Positions 42,752-51,458 of a DNA stretch of 51,715 nt are shown in pieces. Both the position numbers and the translations under genes were made by a program. The stretch's first letter is position 1. Every line of letters begins with the position of its first letter. The notes beneath the pieces were generated by a model. That model did no database searches. It had not been told where the DNA came from and saw nothing but the letters and a program-made list of their open reading frames with translations. Source of the stretch: an uncultured Actinomycetes bacterium (GTDB lineage Bacteria; Actinomycetota; Thermoleophilia; Gaiellales; Gaiellaceae). The stretch spans positions 1 to 51,715 of the forward strand of contig CAIWTI010000038.1 of NCBI GenBank assembly GCA_903915545.1. The letters are read 5' to 3'.

Positions 42752-43375
42752 ATGACAAGCTTCCTTGCCCACAACGGCGTCATCGCCGTGTTCATTCTGA
42801 TGGCCATCGACGCAGTCTTCCCCGCGTTCAGCGAGCTCGTGATGGTCTACGGCGGGGCGCTCGCATCAGGTGCGCTTGCTTCGCAGGTCGACGTCTTTGG
42901 CTCGCAGAAGACCGGAACGGGCGCGTACATCGCGATCGCACTCTCGGGCACTGTCGGCTACCTCGTTGGCTCAATCGGCGGCTGGGCGATCGGTTGGTAC
43001 GGCGGCCATCCGTTCATCGAGCGCTACGGACGTGGGCTTCATCTTGGGCCCGATCGTGTCGCCCGGGCTGAGCGCTGGTTTGCACGCTTCGGGTCGTGGG
43101 CCGTGTTGCTCGGTCGCGTTACGCCGGTGGCGCGCTCGTTCATCTCGATTCCGGCTGGCCTCTTCCGCGCGCCGCTTCCCTCGTACATCGTCCTGACGGC
43201 AATCGGGAGTGCCGCATGGGCGTTCGCACTCGCCGGTGTGGGCTGGGGGCTCGGCTCAAACTGGTCGCATTTCGACCACGCGTTCAAGTACGTCGAGGTC
43301 GCTGTGGTAGCGGGAATCGTCGTTTGGGCGGCGTATTGGGTGGTTCGGAAGCGTCGCTCCATTAGCATGTCCTGA
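42752..43375 (+). CDS. DedA-family membrane protein
   Basis: 207 aa. The motifs FPAFSELVMVYGG and LLGRVTPVARSFISIPAG are typical of DedA/SNARE-associated proteins. Confidence 0.85.
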   Translation: MTSFLAHNGVIAVFILMAIDAVFPAFSELVMVYGGALASGALASQVDVFGSQKTGTGAYIAIALSGTVGYLVGSIGGWAIGWYGGHPFIERYGRGLHLGPDRVARAERWFARFGSWAVLLGRVTPVARSFISIPAGLFRAPLPSYIVLTAIGSAAWAFALAGVGWGLGSNWSHFDHAFKYVEVAVVAGIVVWAAYWVVRKRRSISMS

Positions 43376-43378
43376 CCT

Positions 43379-44458
43379 ATGGGAATCCCACACGTTGACG
43401 TCAAGGCGCAATACGCGCCCTTCATGGACCAGCTCAAGGCGGCGTTTGCCGAAACCCTTGAGACTGGCCGGTTCATCTTCGGGCCCGAAGTTGAGGCCTT
43501 TGAGCGTGAAGCTGCAGCCGCCCTCGGCTGCGCCGAAACAGTCAGCTGCGCAAACGGCACCGACGCGCTCGTCTTGGCAATGGACGCAATGGAGATCGGC
43601 CCCGGCGACGAGGTCATCTGCCCCGCGTTCACGTTTTACGCAACCGCTGAAGCGATCGCACGTTGCGGCGCGACCCCGGTCTTCGTCGATATCGATGCTG
43701 TCTCGCTGAACATCGATCCGGCCGAGGTCGAGCGCAAGATCACAGCCAAGACGAAGGCGATCATGCCGGTGCACCTCTTCGGTCGTCCTGCGCCGCTCGC
43801 CGAGATTCAGGCGTTCGGGCTGCCCGTGATCGAAGACTCTGCCCAGGCCTTTGGTGCCGCGGGTATTGCGACCAGCGTTGTTTCGACCTTCAGCTTCTTC
43901 CCCACCAAGAATCTCTTTGCCCTGGGCGATGGTGGCCTGATTGGCGTCAACGATCCAGCGATCGCCGAGCGGCTTCGCATGCTGCGCTTCCACGGGTCGC
44001 GTGCGAAGAAGACGTTCGAATACGTCGGGTACAACTCGCGCCTCGACGCGCTGCAGGCGTCGATGCTCCGGATCTTCTTGCCGCACCTCCCGATGTGGAA
44101 CGCGCAGCGTCGTGAAGCAGCTGCGCGCTACGCGGAGCTCGGTCTCGGCGATCTCGTCGAGCTGCCGGCCGATGAGGCTGGCCACGTCTACCACATGTAT
44201 TGCGTGCGCAGCGCTGAGCGCGATCAGCTCGCCGCTGCGCTCGGTGCCGCGGGAATCGGCTTTGCCGTCTACTACGACCCGCCCCTGCATCTCCAGCCGG
44301 CACTCGCGTACCTGGGCTACAAGCCCGGCGACCTTCCGGTGACGGAGCAGGCATCGCTCGAGAACCTCTGCCTCCCGATGTGGGGTGGGATCTCCGAGTC
44401 GCAGCAGGAAGAGGTCGTCGACGTTCTGCGGAAGGCCTCGGCACTTCTTCCGACGTGA
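43379..44458 (+). CDS. DegT/DnrJ/EryC1/StrS-family sugar aminotransferase (PglE/WecE-like)
   Basis: GRFIFGPEVEAFE, NGTDALVLA, PAFTFYATAEA and FFPTKNL (PLP lysine). Confidence 0.9.
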   Translation: MGIPHVDVKAQYAPFMDQLKAAFAETLETGRFIFGPEVEAFEREAAAALGCAETVSCANGTDALVLAMDAMEIGPGDEVICPAFTFYATAEAIARCGATPVFVDIDAVSLNIDPAEVERKITAKTKAIMPVHLFGRPAPLAEIQAFGLPVIEDSAQAFGAAGIATSVVSTFSFFPTKNLFALGDGGLIGVNDPAIAERLRMLRFHGSRAKKTFEYVGYNSRLDALQASMLRIFLPHLPMWNAQRREAAARYAELGLGDLVELPADEAGHVYHMYCVRSAERDQLAAALGAAGIGFAVYYDPPLHLQPALAYLGYKPGDLPVTEQASLENLCLPMWGGISESQQEEVVDVLRKASALLPT

Positions 44459-46335
44459 TCTCGTTCCCGATCACCCGGCACCGGATCTGGCAGCTCCTCG
44501 CCGATGCTGTCCTGATTGCAGCGGCCTGGCGGATCACGTTCTTCCTCACGTTCGACCGCGACGTTCCACCCTTCTACCGCCATCTGCTCGGCTGGCGCGT
44601 GATTGCCGTGATCGTGGCAATCAAGCTCGCGACATTCGTGCTCTTTGGCTTCTACAACCGCTGGTGGCGATACGTCTCGACCCGCGACATGTGGGGTGCG
44701 GGCCGGGGTGTGGTTACGGGATCGCTGCTCGCGTACCTTGCGCTCTACGCGTTCCCGCCCGAGGCGACATCACATTTGCCGCGGCGGATTGCGGCGCTCG
44801 ATCTGTTGTTGTTGCTCGCGTTCGTCGCCGGCACTCGGCTCCTCGCCCGCTCACTGATCGAGCGGCCGCAGGGGACGATCGTGGCGCGTGGCAGGGAAGT
44901 GCTGATCGTCGGTGCGGGTGACGCGGCCCAGCTCCTGCTCCGCGAGATTCAGCGTAACCCGTACCTCGCCTACACCCCGATCGGGCTGATCGACGATGAC
45001 CCACGGAAGAAGAACCTGCGGATCCACGGTGTGCGGGTGCTCGGAACGACCGACGAGATGCCGCGCCTCCTGCGCGACAACCGCCCCGACGAGGTGCTGA
45101 TCGCAATGCCCTCGGCGCCCGGCGAGGTTCGTCGCAAGGTGGTCGATCTGACACGCGCCGAAGGGATCCAGGTCAAGACGCTGCCGGGCCTCCACGAGCT
45201 GATCAAGGGCGACATCAATCTCGCCCGTCAGATCCGCCCCGTTCAGGTCGAAGACGTGCTTGGTCGCGAGCAGGTCGAAGTTGACCTCGACGCCGTGGCC
45301 GCCTACGTACGTGACCGCACCGTCCTCGTGTCGGGGGCGGGTGGCTCGATTGGGTCGGAGCTCTGCCGTCAGCTCTCGCGGCTCGGAGCCGCACGGCTCG
45401 TACTTGTCGACCAGAGTGAAACCGCGCTGTACGAGATCGAGCGCGAGCTCGTCGACGAACGAAACTTCCCGGCAGCCGCACCCGTTCTCGCCGACTGTGG
45501 CGATCGCGAGCGAATGCGCCGCGTGTTTGAGCGATATCGCCCCGACGTCGTGTTCCACGCGGCGGCCTACAAGCACGTTCCGATGCTCGAGTCGAACCCG
45601 CTGCAGGCGGTTACGAACAACGTGCTCGCGACGCGCGCACTCGTTCAGGTTTCCGTCGAGTTCGGTGTGAAGCGCTTCGTCATGATCTCGACCGACAAAG
45701 CAGCGAAGCCGAAGAACCTGCTTGGGCAGTCGAAGGCGATCTGCGAGTGGATCGTCGAGTCGTTCGCGCATCGCGACGATGTCGAGACCCGCTTTGTGGC
45801 TGTCCGCTTCGGCAACGTCCTCGGCTCGTCGGGATCCGTAATCCCGATCTTCCGACGCCAGATCGAACGCGGCGGACCGATCACGGTGACGCACCCCGAG
45901 ATGACACGCTTCTTCATGACGATTCCCGAGGCCTCCTCGCTCGTGGTGCAGGCCGGCGCGATGGGGGGTCGCGGTCAGGTGTACGTCCTCGACATGGGCA
46001 AGCCCGTCAAGATCATCGATCTCGCGCGTCAGATGATCGAGCTCTCGGGGCACACCGAGGAAGAGATCCCGATTGCGTTTGTTGGTTCGCGCGCAGGTGA
46101 GAAGATGCACGAGGAGCTTTGGAACGAAGGCGAGGCCGTCGGCCCGACATCGCATCCGAAGATCTCGCGGGCCGCCCGTGCACCGATCAATGCGGAGTGG
46201 CTGGACGAGCAGCTCGGTGTGCTCGAACGACTCGCGGCTGAAGGCGATGTCACCGGGGTTGTGTCGCACCTCTCCACGATGGTTGCGGCCCCCGTTCGGA
46301 CAGGCTCAGCCGTCCTCGAAGACACCCTGCACTGA
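44455..46335 (+). CDS. Membrane-anchored NDP-sugar 4,6-dehydratase (CapD/PglF/WbpM family)
   Basis: GTG 44455 overlaps the upstream stop (GTGA). It has 4 N-terminal TM helices, Rossmann motifs IVGAGDAA and VSGAGGSIGSEL, and HAAAYKHVP. Confidence 0.9.
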   Translation: MISFPITRHRIWQLLADAVLIAAAWRITFFLTFDRDVPPFYRHLLGWRVIAVIVAIKLATFVLFGFYNRWWRYVSTRDMWGAGRGVVTGSLLAYLALYAFPPEATSHLPRRIAALDLLLLLAFVAGTRLLARSLIERPQGTIVARGREVLIVGAGDAAQLLLREIQRNPYLAYTPIGLIDDDPRKKNLRIHGVRVLGTTDEMPRLLRDNRPDEVLIAMPSAPGEVRRKVVDLTRAEGIQVKTLPGLHELIKGDINLARQIRPVQVEDVLGREQVEVDLDAVAAYVRDRTVLVSGAGGSIGSELCRQLSRLGAARLVLVDQSETALYEIERELVDERNFPAAAPVLADCGDRERMRRVFERYRPDVVFHAAAYKHVPMLESNPLQAVTNNVLATRALVQVSVEFGVKRFVMISTDKAAKPKNLLGQSKAICEWIVESFAHRDDVETRFVAVRFGNVLGSSGSVIPIFRRQIERGGPITVTHPEMTRFFMTIPEASSLVVQAGAMGGRGQVYVLDMGKPVKIIDLARQMIELSGHTEEEIPIAFVGSRAGEKMHEELWNEGEAVGPTSHPKISRAARAPINAEWLDEQLGVLERLAAEGDVTGVVSHLSTMVAAPVRTGSAVLEDTLH

Positions 46336-46440
46336 TTCCGCAGCGGCTTTCCGCTTTCGGGGCGCCGCGCGGGCCATCCGCGCCTCCTGAGCGCATGTAT
46401 ACAAGGTTTGCTCCCCCGGAAGGGTTAGGAGGAATTCCGT

Positions 46441-46620
46441 ATGAAACCCCTACAAAACCTTCTCCTTGGCTCCGGACCCCGGTACCTTCGCTCGTGGACA
46501 CCCTGCGGCTCTACCGGTGCCCACCCACTCTGCGATGACAGCGTTCCCACTCACATCCCGCCGGGTCATGCCCGGGAAGATGTTTCGGAGCATGGCCTCC
46601 GGAACATCCGGTCGTGCTGA
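46441..46620 (+). CDS. Possible 59-aa ORF behind the strongest Shine-Dalgarno in the window (uncertain)
   Basis: AGGAGG (46427-46432) lies 8 nt upstream of ATG 46441. My translation is MKPLQNLLLGSGPRYLRSWTPCGSTGAHPLCDDSVPTHIPPGHAREDVSEHGLRNIRSC. By my count GC3 is only about two thirds, atypical for this genome. It overlaps the next ORF in another frame. Confidence 0.2.
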   Translation: MKPLQNLLLGSGPRYLRSWTPCGSTGAHPLCDDSVPTHIPPGHAREDVSEHGLRNIRSC

Positions 46621-46960
46621 GCGCATCGTCCGCGATGCGATCGAGGAGTTGACCTACCGCGGTCTTGAGGTCGAGCCTGACGTCGAGCAGCACGCGGAAC
46701 ACGCTGGACACCTCGTGCACACGCACGCGGGCAGCTTCCTCTTCGAGGCCCGTGAGTCGGCTTACACCTCTCGCGACCTTGCCGCGATCACGATGCGGGC
46801 TCGTGTGCTCGCCGCACATCTCGGGTATGAGATCTCACCAGCGATCTGTCTTGCCGATGACCGCACGGTGACGCTTCGCCGTCACGCCGGTGTGTGGGTC
46901 GTCAGCCTGGAGCGTCTCGGCGATTGGGCCGGGCTTCAGCGCGAAGTCGAATACGTCTAG
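46466..46960 (+). CDS. Hypothetical protein, possibly a degenerate NERD-like (nuclease-related) domain; start uncertain
   Basis: Track ORF with in-frame ATGs at 46535, 46568, 46580 and 46592. Coding-like GC3 is convincing only after about 46620. GRAERIVRDAIEEL...GHLVHTHAGSFLFEAR...PAICLADD...GVWVVSLERL loosely follows the NERD layout. Many codons end in T, unlike the neighbours. Confidence 0.35.
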   Translation: MAPDPGTFARGHPAALPVPTHSAMTAFPLTSRRVMPGKMFRSMASGTSGRAERIVRDAIEELTYRGLEVEPDVEQHAEHAGHLVHTHAGSFLFEARESAYTSRDLAAITMRARVLAAHLGYEISPAICLADDRTVTLRRHAGVWVVSLERLGDWAGLQREVEYV

Positions 46961-47973
46961 CGCTTCAGCTCGAGCGCGCCGAGCAAGAGATCGAGCATGG
47001 TGCGCGGATCGCGCGCCGGTGGCCGTGTTCCCGCATCGCGTTTGCGAAGGTCGAGATCGTCGGCATCCGTGAGCGGCCGTAGCCGACCCTCGCGCATCAG
47101 CCACTCGTCGACGCCACCAAGACGTCCACTAAACGTCGTCAGCACGGGTGCGCCGAGCGCCACCGCCTCGCGGTTCATCGTTCCGCCCGCCGAAACGACG
47201 AGATCCGAAAATGCGATCAGGCTCTGGGCGTCGACGGCTCGCTCTGGGACGATCGCGGATGGCAGGTTCAGCGAGCGGATGTAGTCGCGCTGCTCTTCCG
47301 TTCGGGGGATGACGACGGCGTGGGCATCGCTGCGCGAACCGATCCGACGGAGCGTCTCGAGGAACAGCGGGTTGCCATGACGGTGGTAGAGCGAGACCTC
47401 GGGCGGCGGACGCAACACGACCAGGATGCGGGAGCGGTCGATCGCAAGCTCGTCGAGAACAGCCGTGTTCGGTTCGAAGCCTGCGAGGTAGTACTCCTCC
47501 TTGAGGCCCTCATAGGTTGCGAGCTTCGGGCGGCGAATGCCGTAGCGGCGCCAGCGCTCCTCGGGAATCGACGCCGGAACGACGACGCGCGTGGCCGCAC
47601 GGCAGCCAAGCTGATGCTGGAGCCAGGCCCACTCGTAGTCGAAGGTCGTCGCGCTTGGGATGCCCAGTCGGCGGGCCGTTAGCGTGAGCTCGTGGGAGCC
47701 ATGCGCGAGGGCAAGGTCGAAGTCACGGTCTTTCGCAAAGTGGTGGAGCGCCTGGAGGCGGGAGGTGAGCTGCCGCGCCTTGCCCATGGCGGACGCGCCG
47801 CCGTGGTGGCCGAGCACGGTCGCCGTCATCCCATGGCTCTCGATCAGCTGGGTCGTCTGCGCGTATGCGCGCGTTGTGATCTCGACCTCGTGGCCGTCGG
47901 CCTTGAGGAGTCGTACGAGCGGCGCAAAGACGAGCGGGTGCGCGCTCGCGGTGAGATCGACCCAGACGCGCAT
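46957..47973 (-). CDS. DUF354-family protein (GT-B/epimerase-like fold)
   Basis: MRVWVDLTASAHPLVFAPLVRLLKADGHEVEITTRAYAQTTQLIESHG matches my recollection of the DUF354 N-terminus. TAGACT (47986-47981) lies 7 nt upstream of the ATG. Confidence 0.7.
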   Translation of the reverse strand: MRVWVDLTASAHPLVFAPLVRLLKADGHEVEITTRAYAQTTQLIESHGMTATVLGHHGGASAMGKARQLTSRLQALHHFAKDRDFDLALAHGSHELTLTARRLGIPSATTFDYEWAWLQHQLGCRAATRVVVPASIPEERWRRYGIRRPKLATYEGLKEEYYLAGFEPNTAVLDELAIDRSRILVVLRPPPEVSLYHRHGNPLFLETLRRIGSRSDAHAVVIPRTEEQRDYIRSLNLPSAIVPERAVDAQSLIAFSDLVVSAGGTMNREAVALGAPVLTTFSGRLGGVDEWLMREGRLRPLTDADDLDLRKRDAGTRPPARDPRTMLDLLLGALELKR

Positions 47974-48043
47974 TCGGGCGAGTCTATCCCGGCGTCGTGA
48001 CGGCCCTCCGCGCTTCAGGGCCGGCTGGCCCCGAAGTCGGCCC

Positions 48044-48063
48044 GCGATAGGTATATGTATCGC
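48044..48063. promoter_or_regulatory. AT-rich 20-bp near-palindrome abutting the LysR start codon (candidate operator)
   Basis: In GCGATAGGTATATGTATCGC, 8 of 10 positions are self-complementary (GCGATA/TATCGC arms). It ends 2 nt before ATG 48066. Confidence 0.4.
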
Positions 48064-48065
48064 TT

Positions 48066-48962
48066 ATGGATACGAGGCAGCTCGCCGCATTCTGTGAGGT
48101 CGTCGAACGACGCAGCTTCTCGCAGGCTGCGGAGAAGCTCGGCGTCACGCAGCCCGCAGTCAGTCTCCAGGTGCGTGCGTTGGAGAAGCGGCTCGGAACG
48201 CAGCTCCTTGATCGCTCAGGTCGGCGTGTAGAGCCTACGCAGGCTGGCCTTCGGCTCTACCGCGGGGCGCAACGTCTGCTTGCGCTTGAGGAGCAGGTCG
48301 TTGCCGAGGTCGCCGACGAGAGCGAGGGCGAGCTCGCCGGAACGTTCGAGCTTGGTGCCTCAACCGGCCCGGGTGGCATCGTGCTCGCGCACCTTCTGCC
48401 CGAGTTCGCAGAGCGCAATCCGCTCCTCCACATCTCCCTGCGCGTCTTTGACACGCAGACCGTCGTCGAGAAGGTCGCAGACCGCGAGCTTGAGCTCGGC
48501 GTTGTCGGCGCGGCGCGTCGTCACCGCGGCGTCGCATTCGAGCCGTTCGCGCATGACCGCGTCGTGCTGGCGTGCCCGCCCGGTCACCCGTTTGCGGGCC
48601 GTGACATCACGATCGATGAGCTTCGCTCGGCCAACCTGATCGTCATGCAAGAAGGCGCCGGCGTCCGTCAGATGATCGAAGACGAGCTGCGCGGCTCCGG
48701 CCTACGCCTGCGCGATCTCAACGTTCGTCTCGAGCTCGGCCTGCAGGAGTCCGTGCTGACGGCGGTTCGTGCGGGGCATGGCGTGACGTTCATCTCCCGC
48801 GCGTCTGTCGCAAACGATCTCGCAAGCGGCGCGGTTGCCGAGGCAAACGTCGTTGGCCTCGAACTTGAGCGCGAGCTGTTCCTCGTGCGGGCAACGGGCC
48901 GCGCCGAATCACGGCTGGCACGCGAGTTCCTCGCGTTCGCCCGCGACCGCGTTCAAAGCTAG
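48066..48962 (+). CDS. LysR-family transcriptional regulator
   Basis: N-terminal HTH MDTRQLAAFCEVVERRSFSQAAEKLGVTQPAVSLQVRALEKRLG, followed by a substrate-binding domain of about 200 aa. Confidence 0.9.
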   Translation: MDTRQLAAFCEVVERRSFSQAAEKLGVTQPAVSLQVRALEKRLGTQLLDRSGRRVEPTQAGLRLYRGAQRLLALEEQVVAEVADESEGELAGTFELGASTGPGGIVLAHLLPEFAERNPLLHISLRVFDTQTVVEKVADRELELGVVGAARRHRGVAFEPFAHDRVVLACPPGHPFAGRDITIDELRSANLIVMQEGAGVRQMIEDELRGSGLRLRDLNVRLELGLQESVLTAVRAGHGVTFISRASVANDLASGAVAEANVVGLELERELFLVRATGRAESRLAREFLAFARDRVQS

Positions 48963-49093
48963 ACCCCAGCCCCGAGGGTTCTCAGGGGACGCTCGGGGGA
49001 ACCCCCGATAGCGCAGCCTCTCAGGCGGCAGCTACGGTCAGGGCAGTGTGAGGGACGCACGTCGCGGCCCCGGGAGAAGAAGGGAACAAGCAG

Positions 49094-51319
49094 GTGAATA
49101 GCAACCTTGCGGCACGGGCCGGCCGCATCAGCGCGGCCCATTGGAAGAGCGCGTTGATCGCGTGGATCGTCTTCTGCATCGGCGCAGCCGTGATCGGCGG
49201 CGCGGCGGGCACGAAGAAGGTCAACGAGGCCGATACGGCCTCGGGTGGCACCAAGCAGGCCGAGAAGATTCTCGCGACTGCCGGTTTCGGTGGTCGTGCG
49301 GGCGAGAGCGTGTTGATCTCGTCGAAGACACAGACGATCTCTGACGCCGCCTTCAAGGTTGTCGTCGCAGACGTCGTGAAGGCGGTCTCGGCCGTTCCGA
49401 ACATGGAGAACGTCCGCTCACCGCTCGACACGGCAAACGCGGGACAGATTGCTGCGAGCCGCAGCGACGTGCTCGTGCAGTTCGATGTCTCGGGTGACGC
49501 AACGAAGGCGATGGACAAGATCCAGCCGACGCTCGATGCGGTCGCGAACGTTCAAGCTGCCCACAAGGACTTCGTCGTGTCGGAGTTCGGTGAGGCGAGC
49601 GCCAACCACATCCTGTCGAAGACGATCGGTGATGACTTCAAGCGGGCGGAGTTCTCGTCGCTGCCTGTCACTCTCGTCATCTTGCTCGTCGCGTTCGGCG
49701 CACTCGTCGCGGCTGGACTGCCCGTTCTCCTCGCGTTCTCTGGCGTCCTTGCAACGATCGGCCTGTCGGCACTTGCTAGCCACATCGTTCCCGCGGGAGA
49801 CGCGACCCAGTCGGTGATCCTCCTGATCGGTATGGCGGTGGGAGTCGACTACTCGCTCTTCTACATTCGCCGCGAACGTGAGGAACGTGCCGCAGGGCTG
49901 AGCTCGAAGGACGCGCTGCTCCGGACTGCGGCAACGTCGGGCTACGCCGTGCTGATTTCGGGCGCAACCGTCCTGATCGCCATGGCCGGAATGCTCTTCA
50001 CAGGCAACGGCATCTTCACTTCGATCGCCGTCGGCGCAATGTTGATGGTCGCCGTTGCACTGATCGGCTCGCTGTCGATTCTGCCCGCGATGATGTCGAA
50101 GCTCGGCGACCGCATCAACAAGGGTCGGATCCCGCTGCTCGGCCGTCGGGAGCACAAGGAGTCGCGTGTGTGGGGCTTCATCCTCGACCGTGTTCTGCGA
50201 CACCCGGTGATCGCTGCGGTCGTGTCGGGTGGGGCGCTGCTCGCGCTCGCTCTGCCGACGCTTACGCTGCACACGCAGCTGCCGAGCTTCACTGACCTGC
50301 CGAAGTCGCTGCCGATCGTTCGTACCTACGAGCAGATCCAGAAGGCGTTCCCAGGCGCACAGACCCCGGCGGAGGTGGTTGTCGCCGCTCCGGATGTCAC
50401 AGCCCCTGACGTTCAGGCCGCGATCAACGCGATGGAGAAGCAGGCGCTTGAGACCGGTCAGATGACCGAGCCGATCCACAGCGAGGTCAACCCGGCAAAG
50501 AACGTCGAGCGCATCTCGATCGCGCTGGCGGGTGACGGGTCAAACCAGATCTCCGTGACCGCGCTCGAGACGCTGCGCAACACGGTGATTCCGGCAACGA
50601 TCGGGAAGCTGCCCGGCGTACGTGCGCCTGTCACAGGACAGACCGCCGGTACGCACGACTTCAACAATCAGATGAAGTCGCACGCCCCGCTCGTCTTCGG
50701 GTTCGTGCTTGCACTGTGCTTCATCCTGCTGCTCGTCACGTTCCGGTCGATCGTCATCCCCATCAAGGCGGTGCTCCTTAACCTCCTCTCGGTCGGTGCG
50801 GCGTACGGCCTGCTCGTCCTCGTGTTCCAGCATCACTGGGCAGAAGGGATCCTCGGCTTCCACTCAAACGGAGCGATCGCTTCGTGGCTCCCGCTGTTCC
50901 TGTTCGTGATCCTGTTCGGACTCTCGATGGATTACCACGTGTTCATCTTGAGTCGAGTCAAGGAGCTCGTTGACGCGGGTGTCTCGACACCTGACGCGGT
51001 CGCACGAGGCATCAAGAGCACCGCATCGACGGTGACAAGTGCAGCCGCCGTGATGGTTGCCGTGTTCGCGATCTTCATCACGCTCCACACGATCGACATC
51101 AAGCAGATGGGCTTCGGGCTTGCCGCCGCGATCTTGATCGACGCGACGATCGTCCGTGGCGTGCTGCTCCCGTCGGTGATGAAGCTACTCGGTGATTGGA
51201 ACTGGTACCTCCCGCGGTGGCTCGAGTGGCTCCCTGAGGGATCGTTTGGCCATGAGTTCCACGCGGTGCACGAGGGCGAAGGTCGCGGCTCGGATACCGA
51301 CGTTCCGGCAACCACGTAG
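49094..51319 (+). CDS. MMPL-family (RND superfamily) membrane transporter
   Basis: 741 aa with two 6-TM bundles, each preceded by an extracytoplasmic domain. It has GMAVGVDYSLFYIRRERE and GLSMDYHVFILSRVKE. Confidence 0.9.
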   Translation: MNSNLAARAGRISAAHWKSALIAWIVFCIGAAVIGGAAGTKKVNEADTASGGTKQAEKILATAGFGGRAGESVLISSKTQTISDAAFKVVVADVVKAVSAVPNMENVRSPLDTANAGQIAASRSDVLVQFDVSGDATKAMDKIQPTLDAVANVQAAHKDFVVSEFGEASANHILSKTIGDDFKRAEFSSLPVTLVILLVAFGALVAAGLPVLLAFSGVLATIGLSALASHIVPAGDATQSVILLIGMAVGVDYSLFYIRREREERAAGLSSKDALLRTAATSGYAVLISGATVLIAMAGMLFTGNGIFTSIAVGAMLMVAVALIGSLSILPAMMSKLGDRINKGRIPLLGRREHKESRVWGFILDRVLRHPVIAAVVSGGALLALALPTLTLHTQLPSFTDLPKSLPIVRTYEQIQKAFPGAQTPAEVVVAAPDVTAPDVQAAINAMEKQALETGQMTEPIHSEVNPAKNVERISIALAGDGSNQISVTALETLRNTVIPATIGKLPGVRAPVTGQTAGTHDFNNQMKSHAPLVFGFVLALCFILLLVTFRSIVIPIKAVLLNLLSVGAAYGLLVLVFQHHWAEGILGFHSNGAIASWLPLFLFVILFGLSMDYHVFILSRVKELVDAGVSTPDAVARGIKSTASTVTSAAAVMVAVFAIFITLHTIDIKQMGFGLAAAILIDATIVRGVLLPSVMKLLGDWNWYLPRWLEWLPEGSFGHEFHAVHEGEGRGSDTDVPATT

Positions 51320-51336
51320 GGCCGGTCACAGCATGG

Positions 51337-51382
51337 GCGAGGGGTGGGACCGCAGCAGCGGTTCCGCCCCTCGCTGTATTTC
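51337..51382 (+). terminator. Intrinsic-terminator-like hairpin after the MMPL gene
   Basis: GCGAGGGGTGGGACCGC-AGCA-GCGGTTCCGCCCCTCGC forms a 17-bp stem with two G-U pairs. It is followed by TGTATTT and starts 18 nt after the stop codon. Confidence 0.55.
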
Positions 51383-51458
51383 GACCGCTTGTCCACCAAA
51401 CTAGTAGACATAAGCCTTGCTAATGCACGGGATTAGATTGCTCTGGTAGCCTGAGGAC

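Noticed and set aside
46441-46620. The 59-aa Cys-containing ORF as a RiPP precursor peptide.
   Set aside because: No adjacent modification enzyme, protease or dedicated exporter is present. Codon usage is poor, and it overlaps another ORF. I kept it only as a low-confidence ORF or leader peptide.
48993-49008. TCGGGGG-AA-CCCCCGA inverted repeat after the LysR gene as a terminator.
   Set aside because: The loop is too small, no U-tract follows, and neighbouring imperfect repeats (CCCCGAG/CTCAGGGG) make the fold ambiguous. It is not strong enough to call.
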